A stretch of DNA of 24,000 nucleotides, from contig NZ_DASQMZ010000152.1 of the NCBI RefSeq assembly GCF_035645235.1, positions 4,738-28,737 of the forward strand, in the 5' to 3' direction. Below the pieces are notes generated by a model. The model ran no database searches, was not told the DNA's origin, and saw only the letters and a list, made by a program, of their open reading frames with translations. Source of the DNA: Paenibacillus sp. (GTDB lineage Bacteria; Bacillota; Bacilli; Paenibacillales; YIM-B00363). Within the stretch, counting starts at the first letter, position 1; every line of letters begins with the position of its first letter. Positions 7,030-15,603 of the stretch are shown here, in pieces. The position numbers and the translations under genes are program-made.

Positions 7030-8709
7030 ATGTTGATCGGCAGGCAAATTCGGCATATGAATCGTTACCGCGAGATCGCGTCGGCGCTCATCCGGCACGG
7101 CTTCGGCTTCGTCGTGGAGGAGACGGAGCTGTTCCAGGCGCTGTCGCTTCCCGCCCGGCTGTTTCGCGGCGCGCGGGAGATCGAGCGCAAGTCGGTCGGG
7201 GAGCGTCTCCGCTACGTCATCCAAGAGCTCGGGCCGACGTTCGTCAAGCTCGGACAGCTCGCTAGCACGCGGGCCGACGCGCTGCCGGCCGATATCGTGT
7301 CGGAGCTCGCGAAGCTGCAGGATCAGGTCGGGCCGTTCCCGTACGCGGTCGCGCGGAACATCGTCGCGTCGGAGCTCGGACGCCCGCTCGAGGACGTCTT
7401 CGCGGAGTTCGATCCGGAGCCCGCCGCGGCCGCTTCGATCGGGCAGGTGCACCTCGGGCGTCTGCGGACCGGGGAACGCGTCGCCGTGAAAATTCAGCGC
7501 CCCGGCATCGCGCCGGCCATCCGCACCGATCTGGAAATTCTCCGCAACCTCGCGGCCATCGCCGAGCAGCGATTCGAGTGGGCGCGCCGCTACCAGCTGC
7601 AGGGCATCGTCGGGGAACTCGGCAAATCGCTGCTGCAGGAGCTCGACTACAGCGTCGAGGGGCGCAACGCGGATCTCATCGCCAAGCAGTTCAAGCGGGA
7701 CGACACCGTGCGGGTGCCGACCGTCTATTGGCCGTACACGTCGAAGCGCGTGCTTGTCATGGAATACCTCGAGGGCGTCAAGGTCGCCCGCCTCGAGCAA
7801 TTAGACGCCGAGGGATTGGATCGGAAAACGCTCGCCGACCGCATCCTCAAAGCGCTCTTCCATCAGATGTTCGTCGAAGGCCTGTTCCACGCCGATCCGC
7901 ATCCCGGCAATTTGCTCGCCATGCCGGACGGCGCCGTCGCCTTCCTCGACTTCGGCATGGTCGGGCGGCTGACCCCCGCGATGAAGGAAAGCTTCTCCGA
8001 TCTCATCATCGCGCTCATGCGGCAAAGCACGGACGGGATCATGAAGGCCGTGCTGCATATGGGCTTGCTTGCGGAGGACGTCGATCTCGACGCCCTCCGC
8101 CGCGACGTCGACGAGCTGCGGGACAAGTATTACGGCGTCCCGTTCGGGGAAATCAGCCTCGGCGAGGCCGTCACCGACTTGCTGGACACGGCGCATCGCC
8201 ATCAGGTGCGAATCCCGCCGGACTTCGTGCTGCTCGGCAAGGCGCTGCTCACGGTCGAGGGCGTCGTCGTCGCCCTCGACCCGGAGATCGCCATCGTCAC
8301 CGTCGCCGAGCCGTTCGGGCTGAAGCTGCTCAAGGAGCGGCTGCACCCGAAGAAGCTCGCGCAGCGGGCATGGCGGGAAGCGTCCGATTACGGCGAGACG
8401 CTGCTTCGGCTGCCGGGGCAGGCGAGCGAGCTGCTGCGCCTCGCGAAGAGCGGCCGGGCGCGGCTCGAAATCAGCGTCCCGGAGCTGGACGCGTTCCTGC
8501 GCAAGCTCGACCGCATCGGCAACCGGCTGTCGTTCAGCATCGTCATGCTTTCCTTCAGCATCGTCATGGCCGGGCTAATAATCGGTTCCTCGCTCAGCCG
8601 CCGCCCGACCGTGCTATGGAACGTGCCGGCGATCGAAATCGGCTTCGGCATCGCCATGCTCATGCTCGGATGGCTGCTGCTCGCCATCTTTAAGTCGGGT
8701 CGGTTCTAA
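7030..8709 (+). CDS. ABC1/UbiB/AarF-family atypical protein kinase with a C-terminal membrane anchor
   Basis: 559 aa. Motifs LGPTFVKLGQLASTRADALP, AAASIGQVHLGRL, VAVKIQRPGI and HADPHPGNL. Two hydrophobic helices at the C-terminus. GGGAGGAG SD upstream. Confidence 0.9.
   Translation: MLIGRQIRHMNRYREIASALIRHGFGFVVEETELFQALSLPARLFRGAREIERKSVGERLRYVIQELGPTFVKLGQLASTRADALPADIVSELAKLQDQVGPFPYAVARNIVASELGRPLEDVFAEFDPEPAAAASIGQVHLGRLRTGERVAVKIQRPGIAPAIRTDLEILRNLAAIAEQRFEWARRYQLQGIVGELGKSLLQELDYSVEGRNADLIAKQFKRDDTVRVPTVYWPYTSKRVLVMEYLEGVKVARLEQLDAEGLDRKTLADRILKALFHQMFVEGLFHADPHPGNLLAMPDGAVAFLDFGMVGRLTPAMKESFSDLIIALMRQSTDGIMKAVLHMGLLAEDVDLDALRRDVDELRDKYYGVPFGEISLGEAVTDLLDTAHRHQVRIPPDFVLLGKALLTVEGVVVALDPEIAIVTVAEPFGLKLLKERLHPKKLAQRAWREASDYGETLLRLPGQASELLRLAKSGRARLEISVPELDAFLRKLDRIGNRLSFSIVMLSFSIVMAGLIIGSSLSRRPTVLWNVPAIEIGFGIAMLMLGWLLLAIFKSGRF
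8533..8568 (+). repeat. In-frame 21-nt tandem duplication inside the ABC1 kinase gene
   Basis: TTCAGCATCGTCATG occurs at 8533-8547 and again at 8554-8568 (period 21 nt). It encodes SFSIVML-SFSIVMA at the start of the first C-terminal hydrophobic helix. Confidence 0.8.
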
Positions 8710-8890
8710 CCGCCTCGACGCGGGTATGGCGAGCGCGATACGCGCTCGGCGGCATGTGCAAGCGGGCGCGGAACGCGCGGCAGAAGCAGGGATAGCTTTG
8801 CAATGCGGGTCGATTGACCCGCGGATCCCGGTGAGCGACGTCCTTATACGGACGTCCCCTCTCTGTGCGGGAAGCGGTTACAAATTATTG

Positions 8891-8920
8891 TTGACAACCA
8901 TGTGGGGCAGGTTATATACT
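8891..8920 (+). promoter_or_regulatory. Sigma-A type promoter for the LacI-family regulator / sugar-utilisation block
   Basis: Consensus TTGACA (8891-8896), followed by TATATA (8913-8918, 16-nt spacer) or TATACT (8915-8920, 18-nt spacer). Confidence 0.65.
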
Positions 8921-8935
8921 GACTCAAAACTTAAA

Positions 8936-8954
8936 AATGAATCGTTTTCCAAAA
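8936..8954 (+). promoter_or_regulatory. Operator-like motif, copy 1 (AATGAATCGTTTTCCAAAA)
   Basis: Lies 16 nt downstream of the -10 element and 41 nt upstream of the LacI ATG. Identical to copy 3; differs from copy 2 at one position. Contains the AAnCGnTT core of LacI/CcpA-family operators. Confidence 0.6.
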
Positions 8955-8994
8955 TCCATCGTTTGCTTTCGCGGATGAGGGGGGAGGTGCAAGC

Positions 8995-10038
8995 ATGACC
9001 CAATTAAAAGATGTAGCGAAATATGCCGGCGTATCGAACGGAACGGTTTCGAAGGTGCTGAATGGAAGCCCCGGCGTTTCTCAGAAAATGAAGCTTCGCG
9101 TTTTGAAGGCGATCCAGGAGTTAGATTACCAACCGAATATGGTGGCTCGCAGTCTTCGAACGAAAACGACAAACCTTGTGGCCATCATGGTCCCGTTTAC
9201 GAACGACCCTTATTTCGTAGAGTTTTTCCGAGGGGTATCCATGGAACTTCGCAATATCGGGTGCGTACCCGTGTTGTACTCTACGGAGCCGAATAAATCG
9301 CTTTCTACCCAGGAAATTCGGGACATGGTTATGCGCGGGATCGATGGATTGATCGTATCGACCTTCGGATGGGAGGAGGAGGTGCTCGCGGAGCTTTGCG
9401 AGATTGCCAAGAGAGTCCCGGTGGTTTCCTTTAAGCGAGCGTTTCCCGGAACCGACATTCATTCCGTCGTCGTCGACGATCAGGCGGGGATGTACCAAGC
9501 GGTATCTTATCTAACTTCCATCGGGCATAAAAGAATCGGGTTTATTGCGGCCGGCTTGGATTTGGAAACGGGTCGGCAGCGCCTTGAGGGGTATCGTCAG
9601 GCGCTTCTCGACGCTGGCATCGAAGTGGATGAAAATTTGATCGTCGCATGCGACAGCTACCAAATCAGCGAGGGATACCACAGCGTTCAGCAGTTACTTA
9701 AGAGACACCCGTTGCCCACGGCCATTATGGGGGCGAACGACTCGATATCTATCGGAGTGCTTAAATATTTAGAGAGCCGGAACGTAAGAATCCCGGAGGA
9801 CATTGCGGTCATGGGATACGACGACGTTCCGCTGTCGACGATCGTAACGCCCAGGCTGTCGTCTGTGGCGTTGCCTGTATACGAAATGACGGCAAGGGCC
9901 GTACGGATTATTGAGAAGGCGATTAAAGGGGAAATCGAGGGTGTCGTCAACGAATCCTTCTCCGGCACGTTAGTGATCCGAAAATCGACCGATTTCAGCG
10001 CGACGGACGAATTCGAATTCGAAAGGTTTTCAAAATAG
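8995..10038 (+). CDS. LacI-family transcriptional regulator
   Basis: 347 aa. N-terminal HTH MTQLKDVAKYAGVSNGTVSKVLNG...ARSLR followed by a periplasmic-binding-protein-like sugar-binding core. GGGGGAGG SD upstream. Confidence 0.92.
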   Translation: MTQLKDVAKYAGVSNGTVSKVLNGSPGVSQKMKLRVLKAIQELDYQPNMVARSLRTKTTNLVAIMVPFTNDPYFVEFFRGVSMELRNIGCVPVLYSTEPNKSLSTQEIRDMVMRGIDGLIVSTFGWEEEVLAELCEIAKRVPVVSFKRAFPGTDIHSVVVDDQAGMYQAVSYLTSIGHKRIGFIAAGLDLETGRQRLEGYRQALLDAGIEVDENLIVACDSYQISEGYHSVQQLLKRHPLPTAIMGANDSISIGVLKYLESRNVRIPEDIAVMGYDDVPLSTIVTPRLSSVALPVYEMTARAVRIIEKAIKGEIEGVVNESFSGTLVIRKSTDFSATDEFEFERFSK

Positions 10039-10056
10039 TTTTCTTTTCGCCATAGA

Positions 10057-10075
10057 AATGAATCGTTTTCTAAAA
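10057..10075 (+). promoter_or_regulatory. Operator-like motif, copy 2 (AATGAATCGTTTTCTAAAA)
   Basis: Matches copies 1 and 3 at 18 of 19 positions. Lies between the LacI stop (10038) and the first permease start (10110). Confidence 0.6.
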
Positions 10076-10109
10076 TGGGAGCGACAGGTTGGGAGGCGGG
10101 GGAAGGTCG

Positions 10110-11036
10110 ATGAGAGCGAATCGGGGAAGCGTCGTTTTCGAGTTTCTAAGAAATAAAACGCTATACGCAATGTTGCTGCCTTCGATATTGTTTTACTTCG
10201 TTCTTGCGTATTTGCCGATGGCCGGCATGGTCGTCGCGTTCAAGGAGTTTCGTTACGACACCGGGTTGTTTATGAGTCCGTGGACGGGTTTCGACAACTT
10301 CGAGTTTTTCTTTATCTCCGGGAAAGCGTGGTTAATTACAAAGAACACCTTGCTCTATAACACGGCCTTCATCATTACGGGGCTCTCCCTCCAACTTCTG
10401 GTCGCGATTATCATCGCGGAGCTCGGGGGCGTATGGGCGAAAAAGATTATCCAGTCGACCTTGCTGTTCCCTTTCTTCATATCTTGGGTCATTGTAGGGA
10501 TTATCGCCTATAACTTACTGAACTATGAATACGGTTTCATTAATTCGTTGCTGAAGATGGTCGGGAAAGAACCGCTCGACTTCTATGGGGAAGGGAGCTA
10601 TTGGAAGTATATTATCGTCGCGTTCAACAATTGGAAATCGGTTGGATTCGGATCCTTAATTTATTTGGCCGTCATTATGGGAATCGATCCGAGCTTGAAC
10701 GAAGCGGCAAAAATCGACGGAGCGACGATATTCCAGCGCATTAGGCACATCACGATTCCTCTCACGGTCCCGACAACGGTTATCCTCGTTCTTCTTGCAG
10801 TAGGCAATATTTTCCGCGGCAACTTCGACTTGTTCTACCAGCTGGTCGGCAATAACGGGGCGCTGTTCGATGCGACGGACGTCATTGACACTTACGTATT
10901 CAGGTCGCTGATCAACTCTTCCGACATCGGGATGTCGGCCGCGGCGGGCTTTTTCCAATCCGTTCTATGCTTTGCCATTATTCTTATCACGAATTACGTA
11001 GTGAAGCGCGTTAATTCCGATTATTCCTTGTTTTAA
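10110..11036 (+). CDS. Carbohydrate ABC transporter permease (LplB-type, CUT1 family)
   Basis: MRANRGSVVFEFLRNKTLYAMLLPSILFYFVLAYLPMAGMVVAFKEF is typical of LplB/YtcP-like permeases, and the EAAKIDGA permease loop motif is present. I prefer ATG 10110 (GGGGGAAGG upstream) over the track TTG at 10089. Confidence 0.88.
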   Translation: MRANRGSVVFEFLRNKTLYAMLLPSILFYFVLAYLPMAGMVVAFKEFRYDTGLFMSPWTGFDNFEFFFISGKAWLITKNTLLYNTAFIITGLSLQLLVAIIIAELGGVWAKKIIQSTLLFPFFISWVIVGIIAYNLLNYEYGFINSLLKMVGKEPLDFYGEGSYWKYIIVAFNNWKSVGFGSLIYLAVIMGIDPSLNEAAKIDGATIFQRIRHITIPLTVPTTVILVLLAVGNIFRGNFDLFYQLVGNNGALFDATDVIDTYVFRSLINSSDIGMSAAAGFFQSVLCFAIILITNYVVKRVNSDYSLF

Positions 11037-11060
11037 CGCCGCGGCAGGGAGGGGAAGTCC

Positions 11061-11942
11061 ATGCGACAGTCTTTGGATAAGCGATTATTCGCGGTTACAG
11101 GGTACATCATCTTAATCCTCATTTCGCTATGCTGCGTGTTGCCGTTCCTGCTGATCTTCGTCGGTTCTTTAACGAAAGAGTCGGAGGTCGTGAGGAACGG
11201 ATACCGGCTATTCCCCGGCGAATGGTCGTTCGCGGCGTACGAGCTCGTGTTTAAAGCGCCTTGGGAAATCGTCCGGGCGGTATCGGTGTCCGTGTCGCTG
11301 GTCGTCGTCGGAACGGCGATCGGCGTCTTCATCACCGCGATGACGGCGTACGTCTTGCAGCGCAAGGATGTGCGGTATCGAAATATAGCGGCGTTTTACA
11401 TTTATTTGACTTCCGTATTTAGCGGAGGACTTGTCCCGTATTACATCATCATGGTGGATTACTTACATATGAAGGATATGTACCTGGCGCTTCTCCTCCC
11501 GCTGCTTCTGAATGTGTTTAACATTTTGGTCATGAAAAGCTTCTACGCTTCGATCCCGGAGGCGATCGTCGAGTCCGGAAAGATGGACGGCGCCGGCGAA
11601 TTGAAGATCTTTATCGCCCTCGTCTTACCGATCGCCAAGCCTGGACTTGCGACGGTGGGGCTCTTCATTGCGCTGGCCTATTGGAACGACTGGTTCAATG
11701 CCATGCTCTTTATATCGGATGAACGATTATACCCCTTACAATTTTACTTGTATAACATTCTTAACCAAGCGAATGCGCTTGCAAATATGTCGGCCGTCAG
11801 CGGCATTCCAAGCGTAGAGCTGCCGAAGGAGACGGTAAAGCTTGCAATGACCGTGCTCGCCGTTGCGCCGATCATGTTGGTCTATCCGCTCGCCCAACGA
11901 TACATCGTGGGAGGCATTACGATCGGCGCCGTGAAGGGATAA
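11061..11942 (+). CDS. Carbohydrate ABC transporter permease (LplC-type, CUT1 family)
   Basis: 293 aa with six predicted hydrophobic segments and the ESGKMDGAGELKIF permease loop motif. GGGAGGGG SD upstream. Confidence 0.88.
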   Translation: MRQSLDKRLFAVTGYIILILISLCCVLPFLLIFVGSLTKESEVVRNGYRLFPGEWSFAAYELVFKAPWEIVRAVSVSVSLVVVGTAIGVFITAMTAYVLQRKDVRYRNIAAFYIYLTSVFSGGLVPYYIIMVDYLHMKDMYLALLLPLLLNVFNILVMKSFYASIPEAIVESGKMDGAGELKIFIALVLPIAKPGLATVGLFIALAYWNDWFNAMLFISDERLYPLQFYLYNILNQANALANMSAVSGIPSVELPKETVKLAMTVLAVAPIMLVYPLAQRYIVGGITIGAVKG

Positions 11943-11990
11943 TGTCGGGAAACCGGTATTATATAAAAAAAGTTCTGGGAGGGTAAAGAC

Positions 11991-13589
11991 ATGTCTTTCA
12001 GTAACAGGTTTAGGTTTCTTATCGCAATGTTATCCATTGTCCTCGCTATGAGCGGCTGTTCGACCGGGGGCGGGACCGCAGAGACGGGCGAGGGCACTGC
12101 GTCAGGCGAGAAAGCTGCGGAAGGGGAAAACGTAACGAGCGGGGAAACGGCGCAGCCGCAGCCGGCGGATGCGGGAAAACCCGACACCTCTAAGGAAGTT
12201 AAACTTCGCATGGTGCTTCTAGGCGACAAGCCTCAGGATACGGATCTCGTCTATGGCGAAATCAACAAGAAATTGAAAGAGGATATTAACGCAACCGTAG
12301 AAGTGGAGTTCGTCGGTTGGGGGGACGTATTTACGAAGATTCCCCTGATGCTGTCTTCCGGAGACGATTTCGACTTAATCGCGACGGCCAATTGGAACAA
12401 TTATTTCCCGAACTCGCGAAGCGGCGCGTACCGGGAGATTACGAGAGAAGATCTCGAGAAATATGCGCCTCAGACGCTGGCGAATACGGCGCAAGAAGTG
12501 TTCGATTCCGCCATGGTGGACGGGAAATTGTATGCGCTTCCGATGAATTACAGGGAAATTACCATTCATGGCTTCTTGGTCCGCGGGGACTTGATGAAGA
12601 AGTACCAAATCCCGGACATAAAGACGCTGGAAGATTTCGAGACGTACCTCGCGGCAGTGAAACAGAACGAGCCGGAGATGATTCCGTGGGATACGAATAA
12701 CAACGCGTTGTTCGTTCAGGAACATTTGACGAGACCCTTCGGTTTGTACAATCCTGACGGGACGCTGTTTACGCTTCCGATCGACGAGGCAAAGCCGAAA
12801 TACGAGTATATGTACGACTCCCCGAATGCCGCGGCTTTATTTCATCGTCTCAGGGATTGGAACGAGAAGGGGTATTGGCAGAAGAACGCTTTGGCAAGTA
12901 AAGTGCCTGCGGCAGAGTCGATGAAGAGCGGAAAGAGCGCGGCCACCTTCGAAAACTTGCCTACCGCCAACACATTGTTCCAAGTCATGAATGTGGAGCA
13001 TCCGGAATGGGATGTCAGATTTTATCCGGTCAACGCCGATAAACCGTATTTAGCGAACCCGTTCATTAACAACGGCATTGCCATTGGGAAAAATTCAAAA
13101 AATCCGGAAAGAGCCCTAATGATGCTCGACTTGTTCCGTAACGATGTCGACTATGCTCACCTCACTTATTACGGAATTAAAGGAAAGCACTACGAGATCT
13201 CGGAAGACAATCAGTTGATTTCCTTGCCCGGCGCCACAGGGTTCCCGCCGAACGGCGCCTACCCCTACGGCTGGATCGACGACCGCTTCTTCTTAACGCC
13301 GGACAACGGCTTGAGCAACTACGCGGAAGTGTTAAAACGAGCGCAGGACCAGGTGAAGCAGACCAATCTTCGCAGCTTTACGCCGGATTTGAATGACGTC
13401 AAAAACAACAACGCGGCGCTTAGCGAAATTAACACGCAGTATGTGCTCCCGCTCTACCATGGCGTAGTGAAAGGCACCGTCGAAGAAGAACTGCAGAGCA
13501 TTAAAGGGAGAATGGAGAAGGCCGGTTTGAACGAAGTCAGAGAACTCGCCCAGAAACAGCTGGACCAATTCGAAGTCGTCTTGAAGTAA
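11991..13589 (+). CDS. Extracellular solute-binding lipoprotein (LplA-type) of the ABC importer
   Basis: 532 aa. Signal peptide with a lipobox-like LAMSG-C, a Gly/Glu/Thr-rich tether, and the size and composition typical of large LplA-like sugar-binding proteins. GGGAGGG SD upstream. Confidence 0.85.
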   Translation: MSFSNRFRFLIAMLSIVLAMSGCSTGGGTAETGEGTASGEKAAEGENVTSGETAQPQPADAGKPDTSKEVKLRMVLLGDKPQDTDLVYGEINKKLKEDINATVEVEFVGWGDVFTKIPLMLSSGDDFDLIATANWNNYFPNSRSGAYREITREDLEKYAPQTLANTAQEVFDSAMVDGKLYALPMNYREITIHGFLVRGDLMKKYQIPDIKTLEDFETYLAAVKQNEPEMIPWDTNNNALFVQEHLTRPFGLYNPDGTLFTLPIDEAKPKYEYMYDSPNAAALFHRLRDWNEKGYWQKNALASKVPAAESMKSGKSAATFENLPTANTLFQVMNVEHPEWDVRFYPVNADKPYLANPFINNGIAIGKNSKNPERALMMLDLFRNDVDYAHLTYYGIKGKHYEISEDNQLISLPGATGFPPNGAYPYGWIDDRFFLTPDNGLSNYAEVLKRAQDQVKQTNLRSFTPDLNDVKNNNAALSEINTQYVLPLYHGVVKGTVEEELQSIKGRMEKAGLNEVRELAQKQLDQFEVVLK

Positions 13590-13598
13590 TTCGCTCCG

Positions 13599-13617
13599 AA
13601 TGAATCGTTTTCCAAAA
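13599..13617 (+). promoter_or_regulatory. Operator-like motif, copy 3 (AATGAATCGTTTTCCAAAA)
   Basis: Identical to copy 1. Lies in the 61-nt gap between the binding-protein gene and the ADP-ribosylglycohydrolase-fold gene. Confidence 0.6.
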
Positions 13618-13650
13618 AGAGAATTCGTCCGACTGTGGAGGAGAAACAAT

Positions 13651-15603
13651 ATGAAGCTGCCATATGAGGTTTATTTAGACAAGGTTTACGGTGCGTGGCT
13701 CGGAAAAAGCATTGCCGGCACGATCGGGGCCCCCTTCGAAGGAAGGAAGGAATTGTTCGATTATACTTACGATCCGAAGGCGATTGAGCAGATGCTTCCG
13801 AACGACGATCTGGATCTGCAGGTGGTGTGGCTTCATGTTTTGGAACAGAAGGGGATTTATTGCACGTCGATGGACTTAGCCGATGCGTTCTATCATCTAT
13901 ACCCTTACGTACCCGGGGAATACGCCGTTTTCAAAAAGAATTATATACGCGGGATTTATCCTCCCGTCTCCGGCGCCTTCAATAACCGGTATTACATTAA
14001 CGGCATGGGGTGCCCGATCCGGTCGGAGATCTGGGCTTGCATCAGCCCCGGAAACCCGGATTTGGCCGCCGAATACGCCGGCAAGGACGGCGTATTGGAC
14101 CATGAGGGCGATTCCGTGTATGCGGAGCAGTTTCTGGCGGCGGTCGAAGCGATGGCGTTCTTCGAGGGCGATATCCGAAAGCTGTTGGGCGAAGGCATGC
14201 GGTTCCTCCCGGAAGGGACGCGTATCCGAAGGTTGGTCGAGGATACGGTGCGCTGGTCCGGCGAGACCGGCGATTGGCGGAAGACCCGTTCGCGCATCAT
14301 TCGCGATTACGGGCATCCGGATTGCACGAACCTGTACCAGAATATCGGCTTTACGCTGGTAGCTTTGCTGTACGGCGAGGGGGATTTTATCGAGACGACG
14401 ATGATTGCGCTGAACTGCGGTTTCGATACGGATTGCAGCTGCGCGACGGCCGGGGCGATGCTAGGGATTATCTCCGGAGCCGAGCATCTGATCGCCAAGC
14501 ACGGGTTCTACGACACGAGTTATAAGTTGGACGCCCGCGTGACGCGCCGTTCCAACCAGCTGAAAGACCTCGCGGAGGATACGTGCCGCGTCGGGTTGAC
14601 GGTACATCGCGAACTCAATCGCGCGGTCGACATCGAGGGCGTTCCCGCGTTCGAGCCTGTACCGACCTCGAAGCCGGAGCCAGGCGTCTCGTTCGCGATC
14701 GATTACCGAGGCATTCCCGTCGCCAAGTGGAACGAAACCAAGACGGTATCCGTGAAGCTGCGCAACGACATGTCGGAGGCGGTGTCCGGAACGCTCGTCG
14801 CCTCCGTGCCGGCGGGCTGGCAGGCGAATTGGAACCGACGGGATGTGCAGTTGACCGCAGGCGAGGAGAAAGAGTTCGAATTGGCCGTTACGGTCCCGGC
14901 CACGGTAGAGGTTCTCCGCGAGAACAACCGGCTGACGTTCGAATATGCAGGCTTCAGCGCTTCGTTCGGAATGAACGGCGCGCAAATTTGGAAGGTCTAC
15001 GGTCCGTTCTGGGAAAATCATTTGGATTTGCCTCGCACGGAGCTTGGAGAGTGGTACTATGCACACATCGAAGGGGCCGGCCCGGACGAGATCGCGGATG
15101 TGTCGCGGCAGTTCCACTTGAATACGAAGGCGGACCCGACGAAGGCCTACATTCCCGAACCGGGCACTGCCGACGCGGCTAACGAAGGGGCGGCGGAACA
15201 CGAATACGTGGTCGCGAACGTAACGGAGGATCTGTTTTCCGTATCCGACCTGATCGGGTTCCAAGGACCGTGCGTCGTCTATGCGATACGGGACGTATAC
15301 AGCGCCGTGGAACAAGAAGTTAATCTGTTGTTCGGTCACACGGACGGATATAAGTTATGGCTTAACGGCGAACTGGTGAGCGAAGCGAGCCATACGGATT
15401 GGTGGACGGCGGAAAATCGCCACGTTACCGGCCTTCGCTTGCGGCAAGGCCGCAATCAAATCATGTTGAAATGTGTGCGAACCGGCAAGTCGGCGGAATA
15501 CAGCCTCGTATTCACCAACCCCGGGACGACGTTTCCGCATCATGTGGACGATTTAGGATCCTACTCGGGGATCATGAGTCCGGTACAATTAAAATCGGTG
15601 TAA
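13651..15603 (+). CDS. Cytoplasmic multidomain protein: N-terminal ADP-ribosylglycohydrolase-fold domain plus C-terminal beta-sandwich (carbohydrate-associated-like) domains
   Basis: 650 aa from MKLPYEVYLDKVYGAWLGKSIAGTIGAPFEG (GGAGG SD 9 nt upstream). ARH-family landmarks are the N-terminal G-rich motif, the acidic cluster NDDLDLQ and the C-terminal NCGFDTDCSCATAGAMLG (D-x-D). There is no signal peptide. Residues from about 350 onward (SGTLVASVPAGWQANW...EEKEFELAVTVPA, then NLLFGHTDGYKLWLNGELV) resemble NEW3-like and galactose-binding-like sandwiches; this part is inference. Confidence 0.7.
   Translation: MKLPYEVYLDKVYGAWLGKSIAGTIGAPFEGRKELFDYTYDPKAIEQMLPNDDLDLQVVWLHVLEQKGIYCTSMDLADAFYHLYPYVPGEYAVFKKNYIRGIYPPVSGAFNNRYYINGMGCPIRSEIWACISPGNPDLAAEYAGKDGVLDHEGDSVYAEQFLAAVEAMAFFEGDIRKLLGEGMRFLPEGTRIRRLVEDTVRWSGETGDWRKTRSRIIRDYGHPDCTNLYQNIGFTLVALLYGEGDFIETTMIALNCGFDTDCSCATAGAMLGIISGAEHLIAKHGFYDTSYKLDARVTRRSNQLKDLAEDTCRVGLTVHRELNRAVDIEGVPAFEPVPTSKPEPGVSFAIDYRGIPVAKWNETKTVSVKLRNDMSEAVSGTLVASVPAGWQANWNRRDVQLTAGEEKEFELAVTVPATVEVLRENNRLTFEYAGFSASFGMNGAQIWKVYGPFWENHLDLPRTELGEWYYAHIEGAGPDEIADVSRQFHLNTKADPTKAYIPEPGTADAANEGAAEHEYVVANVTEDLFSVSDLIGFQGPCVVYAIRDVYSAVEQEVNLLFGHTDGYKLWLNGELVSEASHTDWWTAENRHVTGLRLRQGRNQIMLKCVRTGKSAEYSLVFTNPGTTFPHHVDDLGSYSGIMSPVQLKSV

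Noticed and set aside
4603-8693. ORFs 4603..5313(-), 4647..5606(-), 5324..6133(+), 5462..6055(-), 6706..7800(-), 7578..8693(+) and 7801..8346(-)
   Set aside because: They are alternative frames or antisense frames of the ROK kinase, the secreted protein, the phasin-like gene and the ABC1 kinase. Their composition is typical of high-GC off-frame artefacts.
8726-8998. 90-aa plus-strand ORF upstream of the LacI gene
   Set aside because: It spans hairpins, the TTGACA promoter and operator copy 1, and it has no SD, so it is almost certainly non-coding.
13600-13650. ATG 13600 as the start of the ARH-fold gene (similarly 4488 for the ROK kinase and TTG 10089 for the first permease)
   Set aside because: ATG 13600 lies inside the operator-like motif and has no SD, whereas ATG 13651 has GGAGG 9 nt upstream. 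The same logic favours GTG 4596 and ATG 10110.
13651-15603. ARH-fold protein as part of an ADP-ribosylation-based toxin-antitoxin or phage-defence system (DarG-like logic)
   Set aside because: No ADP-ribosyltransferase, DarT-like or other toxin partner is nearby. The gene is embedded in a sugar ABC transporter operon, shares that operon's operator motif and carries carbohydrate-type accessory domains.
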